The notes under the pieces were generated by a model. It did not search any database. It was not told where the DNA came from and saw only the letters and a program-made list of their open reading frames with translations. DNA of 60,660 bases, counting the filler, from Nemertoderma westbladi (lineage: Eukaryota; Animalia; Xenacoelomorpha): the NCBI GenBank assembly GCA_032718475.1. It is 3 parts of 3 records of this genome, joined end to end, with 100 filler letters (N's around TTAATTAATTAA, not from the genome) between each part and the next. Parts side by side here need not be neighbours in the genome. Positions count along the whole stretch, not along the records: positions 1 to 29,650 come from JAUCBJ010001645.1; 2 more parts are not named here. The stretch is one strand, 5' to 3'. Numbering within the stretch: position 1 is the stretch's first letter; each line of letters begins with the position of its first letter. The position numbers and the translations under genes are program-made. Of this stretch, positions 1 to 11,694 are shown piece after piece.

Positions 1-251
1 GCTGGTTGTTGGTTGTGGTTGTGGTTGTGGTTGTGGTTGTTGGTTGTTGGTTGTTGGTTGTGGTTGTGGTTGTGGTTGTGGTTGTGGTTGTGGTTGTGGT
101 TGTGGTTGTGGTTGTTGGTTGTGGTTGTTGGTTGTGGTTGTGGTTGTTGGTTGTGGTTGTTGGTTGTGGTTGTGGTTGTTGGTTGTTGGTTCTGGTTGTT
201 GATTGTGGTTGTTGGTTGTGGTTGTTGGTTGTGGTTGTTGGTTGTGGTTGT
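1..251. repeat. (GGTTGT)n / (GTT)n simple-sequence repeat
   Basis: Directly visible GGTTGT hexamer interspersed with GTT/GGTT variants. ORFs 6..365 and 13..294 are low-complexity by-products. Confidence 0.95.
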
Positions 252-1207
252 TCACACGAGGAAACTTTATTTTACCGTCAAACTCTACATTTAACATTTA
301 ATTTAAAATTTAACATTTTAATCTGTATATATTCTACTGTATTTTCCATCGTTTTTGAAAGCTGATGTATTTTTCCACATCCACAATAAACAATACCCAT
401 TCCCAATGGCCTTGCAAACAACCTATTTATTAAATTTAAAGGCAAACATTGACTACTGAAGTCAAATGATATATTTTTGAAATTGCGGTGATCAAATATT
501 TATTCAATTGTGGAATTCGTGTTTTTCACATTGTTGATTTTGACGTAGGATCGTTAAAATCCTTTATAAAGAACCATTGATGCGTAATGTTTTAGATGTT
601 TTGCCAACCAGTGAGACGCAATAAATGCAGGATTAAATCTAATTATAAATACACACTTCCAATCAATAGACACTTAGATTTATTGTTGCACCAACGATCT
701 ATAAACCACGAAATGTGCATCTATGCCAAGTATAGTTTATCTCAAGCAAATAGAGCCTCTTTACGAGCCCTATAATGCAATCGTTATTTATTATAGGCTT
801 TAATTATTATCGTTGGGAAATTATATTACTCAATTCACCACTTGGCTACTTTCATTATTACTTGCATACCGATACCGTGGCTTTAAATACCATAATCGGG
901 GAAATTTTTGTATGACACTGACAGTATATGTGTCTACTGCATAGGTAGGCATACTGCTGCTACAACTGCACTGTTGAACAAACAAATGGGCTTAAATTAA
1001 AGCTAATCAGGGACTGACTTGTGACCATTCAACTGGCGAGTAAAGCCGTGTGGGTAAACGGAGTTTGTGGTCTTCGCGGATATAGAACATGACCAGTCGG
1101 AAGCGAAAATTTAATTCAGTAATTTGATATTTGAATGCGGAAATATTTTAGGCTCATTACTCATGATGGTCAATTTGCACAACCATTAAGCCATCGAATC
1201 CTTTTCA

Positions 1208-2135
1208 CCTAAAGGAATGCCTGTTCACCACCATGGGTGATCTTCCACAGTAAACCCTTCCACTCTGTTTCCTAAAGGAATGCCTGTTCACCACCATGGG
1301 TGATCTTCCATAGTAACCATTCCACTCTGTTTCCTAAAGGAATGCTTGTTCTCCACCATGGGTGATCTTCCACAGTAACCCTTCCACTCTGTTTTCTAAA
1401 GGAATGCCTGTTCACCACCATGGGTGATCTTCCACAGTAAACCCTTCCACTCTGTTTCCTAAAGGAATGCCTGTTCACCACCATGGGTGATCTTCCATAG
1501 TAACCATTCCACTCTGTTTCCTAAAGGAATGCTTGTTCTCCACCATGGGTGATCTTCCACAGTAACCATTCCACTCTGTTTCCTAAAGGAATGTTTGTCC
1601 TCCACCATGGGTGATCTTCCACAGTAACCATTCCACTCTGTTTCCTAAAGGTATGCCTGTTAACCATCATGTGTGATCTTCCACAGTAAACCCTTCCACT
1701 CTGTTTCCTAAAGGAATGCCTGTTCTCCACCATGGGTGATCTTCCATAGTAAACCCTTCCACTCTGTTTCCTAAAGGACTGCCAGTTCACCACCATGGGT
1801 GATCTTCCATAGTAAACCCTTCCACTCTGTTTCCTAAAGGAATGCCTGTTCTCCACCATGGTGATCTTCCATAGTAAACCCTTCCACTCTGTTTCCTAAA
1901 GGAATGCTTGCTCTCTACCATGGGTGATCTTCCATAGCAAACCCTTCCACTCTGTTTCCTAAAGGAATGCTTGTTCTCCACCATGGGTGATCTTCCATAG
2001 TAAACCCTTCCACTATGTTTCCTAAAGGAATGCTTGCTCTCAACCATGGGTGATCTTCCATAGTAAACCCTTCCACTCTGTTTCCTAAAGGACTGCCTGT
2101 TCTCCACCATGGGTGATCTTCCATAGTAAACCCTT
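1208..2135. repeat. 62/63-bp minisatellite, about 15 copies
   Basis: Unit CCTAAAGGAATGCCTGTTCACCACCATGGGTGATCTTCCACAGTAAACCCTTCCACTCTGTTT starts at 1208, 1271, 1333 and onward. Confidence 0.97.
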
Positions 2136-2451
2136 AATGCCTGTTAACCATAATGTGTGATCTTCCACGGTACCACAGTAAAGCTGTTTCCAAATGTATT
2201 TCCTTTCATACCATGTAAAGTACATGTATATAGTAACCATGATAATAATAACATTTTAAATTTTTTAATAAAATTACACATTGTACAGTAAAGTATATTT
2301 ACTATTTAATTTATTGAACAATGCATAGTTATTAATAATTTAATAATTCTTAAATTGGTTTTGTTCTTTATAAAGTTCGTGTTATAAATTATATTGCTTT
2401 TGTATATACACATATTCCACATTTACATATATAACGCGTCTGATTAATCAT

Positions 2452-2776
2452 ATGTTGATCATGAGCTATACACCCATCAATAATGCCAGCAGTGGTTCAT
2501 TGGCGAACAACACTAACGGTAGCAACTATCTGACTACAGAAGCGGCGAACAACACTAACGGTAGCAACTATCTGACTGCAGAAGCAGGAGGCGATGGTTA
2601 CGTCATCCCTTATGCGGAGTTTCGTATGAAGATCATAGTCAGTGGTTTTATTATGGTTATTGCGGTTCTTAGCAACCTAACGGTTCTAATTACAATGCTG
2701 CGCAGTCGTAGAAGATTAAAGTCTAGAGTTCGATTTCTCATTCTGCATCTCAGCATGGCTGATCTTGCGATTTCAG
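2452..2776 (+). CDS. First coding exon of a class A (rhodopsin-like) neuropeptide GPCR, GnRH/AKH/corazonin/vasopressin-type group (N-terminus, TM1, ICL1, start of TM2)
   Basis: N-terminus with N-glycosylation sequons; TM1 IIVSGFIMVIAVLSNLTVLITM (N1.50); basic ICL1 RSRRRLKSRV; TM2 FLILHLSMADLAIS (LxxAD). The ORF stops immediately after a plausible phase-1 donor CAG|GTTAAT at 2777. Downstream exons were not located. Confidence 0.8.
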
Positions 2777-3765
2777 GTTAATATATAATCAATAAAAAAT
2801 AATACTTTAAAATATTAGTTTTATATATGGGATGGGTATCTTTAAGGTGTTTTTACATTTATTCGTGTTTTTACTTAATTCAGCATAAATTAAATCTTTA
2901 AAGTTCGTCGTGATGAGCTATGCAAGTCAATTATTAAAACTATCAAGTGTTATTATAAAGTATTATTAATATTATTGCTATACATCATTAATAGTAAAAA
3001 TAATAAAATTTAATTACTACATTGAGTAGCGCGACTGATAAAGTCTGTAAAAGATTACGGATACTGTTTCTAAAAATTATTTATTCACTAAACTTTGGGA
3101 CATGTAACAAGACATAACACCAAACGCAGTACAATAATTAGTACTGATGAAAAAAGGCAAATCATCAATACAATGTACGGGAATACCATTTGTAAATTTC
3201 TTAAATTCTTAACCGTCATGGAATCTCGTCATTATAAAATACAGTATATATACTGGACGTGGACAGCCCTTTCAATGGTGCCCTCGCCTTCGTCTTACCT
3301 ATGCAAAGGTCTCCTCCACCAGACTTCCAAATCCATGATCCCAAGTAGCATAAGGTATAAAAACATTACACATGCTCAGCCTCAGATCACCCAAGGAACA
3401 TTTTGCACAATAGATCATTTGACTGTTTAAATTAAATTTAGCTGATGATATGGGTTTACTGTCAGTAAGGAAGGAGCTATCGTCCATAATAAATTTTTTG
3501 TATTTATTATTATTTATGCTAAAAATTGCAGACAATCTTCCAACAAATGAGAAACTGAAAAGGCAACGTTTGGGCAGCTATGATGCTTAATTAAGATAGA
3601 CAATTTACCAAGTTTGTCTAATCTAAAGTCTATTTAATAATATCAAATTTATTGAAAAAGGACTTTACCAACCAGCTCTATATTATGGTGATTTCTCCCG
3701 ATAATCTGTGCGATTAATTATTTTAGAAGTTTTGTCTTTTTAGAACTGCAACGATTCATCATGTA

Positions 3766-4553
3766 CCGGGTGTTCCATAATGATTGCCCCTTATTTTAAA
3801 TTTATAATTGATTTAATTCTGAGCTTGCATGCAAAAATTTAGGGTCCAATACAAAAGTATACAAATTATATAGGCAATTCTTTAAACCTATCTTACTTTT
3901 CAATATTTGTGATTTAATCACAATTAAAAAAAATATAATTTATCCAGCGTTAGGCATCAGATTTACAGCCATGTTCCCCCTTTGCAGCACGGGGAACTCT
4001 TCGATAGTGACAAAGGATGTTGACGCCTTAAAAGGGCCGTTTTGGTTTGAGTTCAGTTTCATTATGCCACATAATCACGACCCTCTCTAAAAGTAACATC
4101 TCTGATCCTGTCATGTCAACCTTACGTTTTTCTTCAGAGTCATCGAAGATTGCACTGGAACTTGTCATTTTAATTACTTCTATTAGGCCTAATTCAGTAA
4201 ATTACCAAAGAAACACTAATACCGGTAACTGAATACTGTAATATATTGCAATACAGCAAAAGTCAGGCAGTAATAGCTGTTTAAACAGGGCTGCAACCTG
4301 CAAAGCTGATGCCTAACGTTGGATAAATTATATTTTTTTTAAATTGTGATTAAATCACAAATATTGAAAAGTAAGATAGGTTTAAAGAATTGCCTATAAA
4401 ATTTTATACTTTTGTATTGGACCCTAAATTTTTGCATACAAGCTAAGAATTAAATTCTCTTTCGAATGGTATAGTACACTAAGGTGCATGTCTGACAGTT
4501 TTGGCTGGCCAGGGGGGGGGGGGATGGGTGCGCAATCAGTATGGAACACCCGG
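3766..4553. mobile_element. MITE / non-autonomous Tc1-mariner-type element with long inverted repeats and TA target-site duplication
   Basis: TA|CCGGGTGTTCCATA at 3764-3779 mirrors TATGGAACACCCGG|TA at 4540-4555. An internal ~150-bp inverted repeat pairs 3810-3960 with 4307-4455. Confidence 0.85.
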
Positions 4554-5843
4554 TACTAACTAATATTATGTCACATTCGTACAATATGACAGATAGATTT
4601 GTATTTAACTAAATAGGTACAGGACAACACCTCTAATTTGCAAAAATTTGACAACATGGTTGATGTTGTTTCATTTCTTTACGGTGTGTTTTGAACGTCA
4701 ATATGACTTTCCCTAATCAGTATAAAAAATTCATCATTTTTTAATCTCATATGTAATACAGTACTTCTTTCAAATTGATAATCCACCTGTGTGGTGGAAG
4801 AGCAAGTGGTGGATTAGATAAGATAGGCGGCAACATAATTGGAAGAATTTGACAGGTTTTGCACTATACTGATGCACTGTATGTCACTGATAGGCCTACA
4901 CATTTGATTGAAAGAAAATAGTAGTTGTTGTCATAAATTATTAAATACCAGAAAGAACGTTCTCAATACATGCTATTCTGGTTTTACCCGCATCTCACTT
5001 TTATCTCGAAAAACACAACACAACCTCATTGGCATTTTTACGTCGTCATTAAGTTTGTCTTGCAAATTTGATGAAAGTACAGGTACATAAACCAGAATGT
5101 CACCCACCATTCACAATTTTGGATAAGTTACTCAGATAAAGTAAATCTAGGTGATATGAAATCATGCTGGCACCAGTTGTGGCTGGCCACACCACAACCC
5201 ATCTGATGGTAACACATTACTGCCGAAATCCGAGGAAACTTACTCAATTTGAGTATATCTGAACTGTAAATCTAAATACTATCATATACAGCACCTATCC
5301 TAATAACATTTCTGGAATATATTATAATACTGGAATATACTTTATATATTTTATCATAGCATTATCATGAGTTGATAGAAAATAATTTAGTGGGATGTAT
5401 CATATTTACACATATAAATATATTTTTAATATTTATAAGTACCGGTAATCAATATTGTTCCACGATCTATCATATGTTACTAATAATTCACAGCACACAA
5501 GCCACAATGTGTAGGCCTACACAGAACATACTAACTAATTCTCACCTGGAGGTACAAAGGTTATTTCAGCCTTGCTCTCACAGTATCCCTCACTATGTTG
5601 CAGTAGTTTACAGAAGCTCATAAAACGTATTTTAATTTACACATTGTGTGATCTAAGACAACAAATTATATTATGACTATTACTGATTCTTGCATTTCCA
5701 TTTAAACAATTTTCTTAAATTTGTCGTTATATCGATATATATTAAATTATAATTACTAAGCAATAAAATGCTGTATTTTGGTAAAGAAGAAGGATAGGAA
5801 AATGGGGCGATTAAATATATATATATAAAAATTAAAATTAGAA

Positions 5844-6030
5844 CTATAAAAGTAAAGCTATAAAAGCTATAAAAGCTATAAAAGCTATAAAAGTAAAGCT
5901 ATAAAAGCTATAAAAGCTATAAAAGCTATAAAAGCTATAAAAGCTATAAAAGCTATAAAAGCTATAAAAGCTATAAAAGTAAAGCTATAAAATTAAACCT
6001 ATAAAATTAAACCTATAAAAGCTATAAAAG
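5844..6030. repeat. 9-bp tandem repeat (CTATAAAAG)n
   Basis: Directly visible, about 18 copies with occasional TAAAG insertions. Confidence 0.95.
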
Positions 6031-6334
6031 TTTTAAAAGTTTGAAATTTTACCCAGACCCCCTGAAAGACAGGAGAGGGGTAAGATCGGGTTGTCAGGCT
6101 GTCGCGGCCAATAATGAAACAACAAGAATGAATTTCGTCTAGGTGGAGTAGACGGCCTATTGAATTGCAGCATAATTCGAAAGGGAATACTGACAATTAG
6201 AATTGGTACGTAGACAATTCGGTCGGACCCATACAATAATATGATTTGTATTTGCCCTATATCCCTCGAGATACTCTAATGCACTACATAATACTAGAAA
6301 AACGTTGATTTATTATTGGTGTTATGGGTGAATG

Positions 6335-6550
6335 AGTGGCTTCATATTATTATTACTTTTTGTTGGGCACAGCTTTTGCAAAGTCGGCAATGACGTCCAG
6401 GTGGGATCGAACTATGGTGACCTCCATGTTGGAAGTCTGACGCTCTAACCCTACAGCTAGCGGCTCAAGTAAAAGATACACCTGGAAATACTATCTGATA
6501 CCTTGTATGTCCGCAATTTATCTCCTCATGGCCTCCCATCTGTCAATACC
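6335..6550 (-). mobile_element. tRNA-derived (SINE-like) interspersed repeat, copy 1
   Basis: Minus strand GCCGCTAGCTGTAGGGTTAGAGCGTCAGACTTCCAAC...GTTCGATCCC has A-box and B-box-like motifs. Homologous to 42065-42275. Confidence 0.7.
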
Positions 6551-7015
6551 TTCATATGCTGCCTGTTTGACGCCTCTGGGGAGATAATTGTCTATGTATA
6601 CGTAGATAAAATGAGCTGTCGGTAATATTCAATGACGATGCCAGTTATTCTTCAGTAACAGCTGGCCTTGATTAACTTAATTAATACTGATTATTGATTA
6701 TTACAGCCTGGTTCATACATGTTTTGGACAAGTCTTTCATACAAAAATTTATAAAAAATTGGATGATGACAGATTGACGGAGTTCCTATTTTAAAGTATG
6801 TGATGATTTAATTTCAACGCCTTGGTTATTGAGTATTCTTATCTTAGTATACCTTTAGCCATCCATATTCGTACGCATTTGCCTTATTCAAATGTACACA
6901 TGCATGCATTCATTATGTGTAATTTATTCTGATAGAGAATGATCCGTATATGATTTTAGAGATTAGGCATTGTGAGTCGAGTGAGTACAATTGTAAAGCA
7001 GTTTGAAGAATAACT

Positions 7016-7100
7016 GCGGTGTAACTGGTGCAATATCGACGGAGACACCTTTTACAAACGGCGGTGTAACTGGTGCAATATCGACATAGAGACACTTTTT
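7016..7100. repeat. Short tandem duplication (about 46 bp x2)
   Basis: GCGGTGTAACTGGTGCAATATCGAC...AGACAC occurs twice, at about 7016 and 7061. Confidence 0.85.
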
Positions 7101-8656
7101 TTAAACGCTTGTAGCTAAAGAATGAAAGCAAAAATAAAAATTCTGGCTCACCCAGTCAGTGGTCGGGAGGTGAAATTATCTTTGTTTCTAATTTCATGCA
7201 ATCTCATTAAGATTTGTAGAAAAAAAAATTTTTTTTTTTTGGGGGGGGGGGTACCTGAATAACGACACTATATTCCAGAACATGGTGTACTTAGATATGA
7301 TATGAAACCTTTGTTGACCCATATTTTGCAAATATTTTACCGGTATGTAGGCCTACGCCTATGCTCGTTTGTTATATTTATTGTTCAATGGGCGTTTTTG
7401 TTTAATTACTTTTTTCAGACGCGAACATTTCCAATAATTTGTATTAAATAGTAGGGAGTGTGCAAAGTACAAACCCAAGGTAAGGCAAAGACAAGGCAAA
7501 AAATACATTATATATTAACTATATTAAATAATATTAATATTATTAATTAATATAAGTGAACACAATGTATTCCTGTCGAAATCTATTTTAACGGTACTAA
7601 TTCGCCATGTCAACAACACCCATGACCATTTTATACTATGTTTTTTTTTATTAAATAATTTTTGACGTGGATATTCTAGCCGGTAGATAGTACTATTATA
7701 TCTTAGTTCAATCTGAATAATTCCACGTAGCTAATGTTATTTACTAGCTAGCAGATTTAATTAGCTAGTAAAAAAATTGTATTAAAATTAAATATAAGAA
7801 CAGCATGATATTGCATACCGCCTCGTAATTTAACTTGGTTTACACACACACTATATTAGTGTGTGTACATTTATTCATAAAATCAAAAAATAAAATAACA
7901 TATATTTGTATTATACATAGCTAGTGTTTTTTATGGTTGTTAGCAGTTTTCGTTGTGTTGAAAATGAATTTAGCTAAATTGAAATTTCACAAATTTTCCA
8001 GAATAAGCAAAAACTGTAAATAAAATATTTTTGTTTTTTAGTAAAATTTTTTATAGCTAGTATTTTGATAAATAGAAGCTATATTAAAAAATATTTTAGA
8101 ATGTTGACTATGTTCTAGAAAATAATATATAAAAATCAAAGAAGCTTTAGCTCGTGGAAAACAATTGGATGGGGGTTTCAACATGACGAACTAGTACCCT
8201 ATTTACGTTTCAAAAGACAAAATATTTCTCATAATAGGACGATCGGCGCTATATGATGGATGAGTCGTGTCTGTTTTGCCGAAAAACATCTGGAACACTA
8301 ATCAGTGGAGGACCTATTCGCATAAAGAACATCATAGCTTGTAGTGCAGCCCGTGAAAGTGATACCCTCAATGAGATTCTTCAGCCAAAACTTAATAACG
8401 ATTCGGAACTGAATGTTATTTTTCACAAACAGTGCATTTCTACATATACTTCGAAACAACATAGAGCGTGAGTTAAAACGACGACACATTTCCAACTCAG
8501 AGAAATTACCAGAACCACCTGTGAAAAAATTGCGTTCTGATGTACTTATAAAATATGAAGGCGATGCTGAACATGAGACCATTCGTAAAGAGCGTTCAAA
8601 ACTGGCTATAAAGCTGAAAGAATGGTATGGAAACCGGCTCTTAGTTATAAATTTAA

Positions 8657-8809
8657 ATGGATGTGCTAGCATTATATGATGGATGAGCTAGCATTATATG
8701 ATGGATGTGCTAGCATTATATGATGGATGTGCTAGCATTATATGATGGATGTGCTAGCATTATATGATGGATGTGCTAGCATTATATGATGGATGTGCTA
8801 GCATTATAT
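8657..8809. repeat. 22-bp tandem repeat x7 inside the transposase ORF
   Basis: Unit ATGGATGTGCTAGCATTATATG. Its length is not a multiple of 3 and it introduces stop codons. Confidence 0.95.
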
Positions 8810-11124
8810 CTATCCAAGATGAATTATCTGATGTAATATCTTCGGTTGAAACGGTCGATGTTCCCATAGACAACACTGTCGCATATATAACCAAAGAAAT
8901 TGTCAAGGAAATGAATGGCATAATGAAAGAACGATCTATAGTTGAATACAACTTATCAGAATTTACAAGAGACCGAGCAATAGAGTCCACTAGCAAAACT
9001 CTACTAAGTCTAATTTCCAAATTAGTTTCTATAAATTAGTTTCTGGAGAAGAAACCAAACAATCTGCATCCTTGGCGCAGTCTATACAGGCACTAATAAG
9101 TGGAGTGTATAACCAGACAACTCTTGGGATGGCTATAAAGCTTCATTATCTATAGAAGAGCGTGGTTTTTCATCTGGCGATATTTTGGATGATTTTGACA
9201 AAAACCATCAACCAATTAGAGCGTGGATTGATAACTTTGACCTAAATGTATTTACCCCAAATGGTCTTCGTGACTCCCACTTAACAGCTATGGAGATACT
9301 GCAGACGTCCACAGGGAGCTCTGGAGGATGTCCAAATAACATATATTTTCCGCGCATTTCGAAGTCAGATTTGAATTCCATTAAATTATGCGGAATGGGT
9401 GCTGTAAGTTTACAACTTTACTTAGGTGAGAAAAACCCTCTCGCACCAAATATCATATACATACAGCCAGCTTTATGTATAGGCAGCTATTCATATGTCT
9501 GCAGATATGGCTATCTATAAGATAATTATGCACATAAAGTGGTCCGAATCAAAACGATGGGAGTTTTTAGTTGCTACACTAGGGGGTATGCATATTCTTC
9601 AAAATTTTATTGCAAGTATAGGAAATTTGATGTCAGGTAGTGGACTGGAGGAAATACTAAGTATGTCAAATTTCAACGGTGTCATTAGCATGTTGAATGG
9701 CAAAGCTTGGCCTAAAGCAGTACGAGATTTGCGATTGGTTGTGAGTGGTCTACTTAAAGATATAATTAACCCATGTAGTTCACTGGTAACTGTTAGAAAA
9801 TCAATAGATAACATGCGATTGTCTCGAACTGGAAACTTGTGGGTTGATTGCCTATTTATTCCAGTTTCAATCATTCATGTTTACAGCAGAGCTCAGAATA
9901 CGGTGAATTGGAATCTACATATGTGTGCACTTAAGATGATGTTACCATACTTCTTTTCTTCTGGTCACTGGAATTATGCAAGGTACATTACTTGGCATAT
10001 TGAAGAAAAGGAACGAGGTCTACCAAGTGACACTCTCAATGCGTTTATAGAAGGAGATTTTGTTTGTGACATCAGGAAGGAATGTGCAACTCTGTTTGGA
10101 AGGACCAGTTTGGGGAGCAGACGTACATAAGAAAGGGGAAGCCACTAGGTGGATTGAAGGGTAAGACTCTTTCCCAATAACAGTCGACCATTTGGGTGTT
10201 ATCCCACCACATATGCAATGTGTTTGCCTTGGGTGTGGATAACATGTTTGATTCTGGGTTAGTGGAGGATGATGGAGATCGTGAAGATGATTTAAGATGA
10301 CATAAAGAGGAGGGCACTAAGCGGCGGCATCTTGATGCCGGTGATAGAATCAGTATACTTCGAACATTAAAAAAGTGCAGGGATCCATTTGGCTTTAAGG
10401 GTACTAATGAGTTGATCAATATTGTAAATGGTCGTATAGCTCCATCAGAAGTCAATGTGGATAATGCCGTAAAGTTGGGGTTGGAGTCGGCTAGGGCATT
10501 CAAATCAACTCTCCCAAATGGTTTCTACCAGAGAACAACACGCTCAGTTTTAACTATGGATTTGAAACCCGCACGTGGCAAACATGGTTGCAAGACCTAT
10601 GATATGGAGAGATTATACGCAAGACTTCTGATTGTCTCACAGAAACGCAATATTGATTTGTTAGAATTGTTTAGCTATGAACTATGCCCATTACCTCCAT
10701 CACTATTCAATGAGTATGGTGAATTATGTTCCGGAATGAAAACTGAGTTGGTTTCTCTGGTAGTAAATGGGGCCAACCCACTCCCCCCTGTTGATTTGGA
10801 ACTAGTTGATGGAAATGCTTCGCTATACCATATTAATTGGACAAACAAGTTATCTGTAGCCGCTTTTTGTGATGCCTACTGCAGCAAATATACAGATACA
10901 GTAGCTGAACACCATCATGAAACGTATATAATATTTGATCGTTACTTTCCAGGTAGCATTAAATCTTTAGAAAGGGAGAAGCGTAATAAATCCAACAGAT
11001 ATCAACAATATGAACTATCACTAGAAACAATTCTACCTTCCAGAGACACTATTATGAAGTCTGTGAACAATAAACAAAATCTTATTCAATTGATGTGTAA
11101 TTATACAACACATAACTCATTACA

Positions 11125-11694
11125 GTTACTGAGTTTTCAGAATATCAAGGTCCTTGAAGCCACGCTGTTGGATAAACGTCAGAGAGGGTCGATGGGGGCC
11201 CCACTGTGGCTTGTTGTGGGGGGGAGGGGGGGGGGGGGGGGGTGTCGTGTGACAACAGTTGCTCTTAGTCGAGTAAAGCTATATTTCGCACTACTGCGAT
11301 CTTCAGTGATGTGTCTGCGAGGTTCTCGGAGTCACAGACGAGGTAAGCCCACTCAGTCTATTGCTGAGACGGGCTATCACTTTCTGCTAGTGCTGGGTGC
11401 TAATCCAATTGTTTTCAATATTTTGTGCTGCTGTGTGTGTATCCATTCTCGTTTTCGGTTTTTTCAGGATTATTATAATTATTTTCTCATCTGTTTTAAT
11501 ACAAGGACATGTCAAATATATAGATATCCTTGGGTAATAACACTTATTTTATCGGTTTATGGTTAATATTACATATTTTATCGGTTTTTTGTGTCGCTAT
11601 TTTATATGTCATGTGCGATTTCTTTGTGTTTGTGTATATATTTGTAATTGTTATCATATATTACATTTCAATACATTATTAAAAAAAAAAAAAA
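11125..11694 (+). mobile_element. 5'-truncated non-LTR retrotransposon (CRE-like, RLE-type C-terminus) with poly(A) tail, nested in the transposon
   Basis: Interrupts the transposase between ...HNSL and HLVGDSNNIFEHEEADV. Encodes RVKLYFALLRSSVMCLRGSRS, matching the CRE-clade C-terminal consensus RLSFALLRSxxxCLRGSR, followed by a GT-rich 3' UTR and A14 at 11681-11694. Confidence 0.7.

Noticed and set aside
1-365. Val/Trp/Cys-rich ORFs and a possible telomeric repeat
   Set aside because: The ORFs are translations of a (GGTTGT)n microsatellite. The repeat is irregular and is not canonical TTAGGG/TTAGG.
3240-3330. YWTWTALSMVPSPSSYLCK as a GPCR ECL1/TM3 exon
   Set aside because: No hydrophobic TM3 or DRY motif follows, and there are no convincing splice sites.
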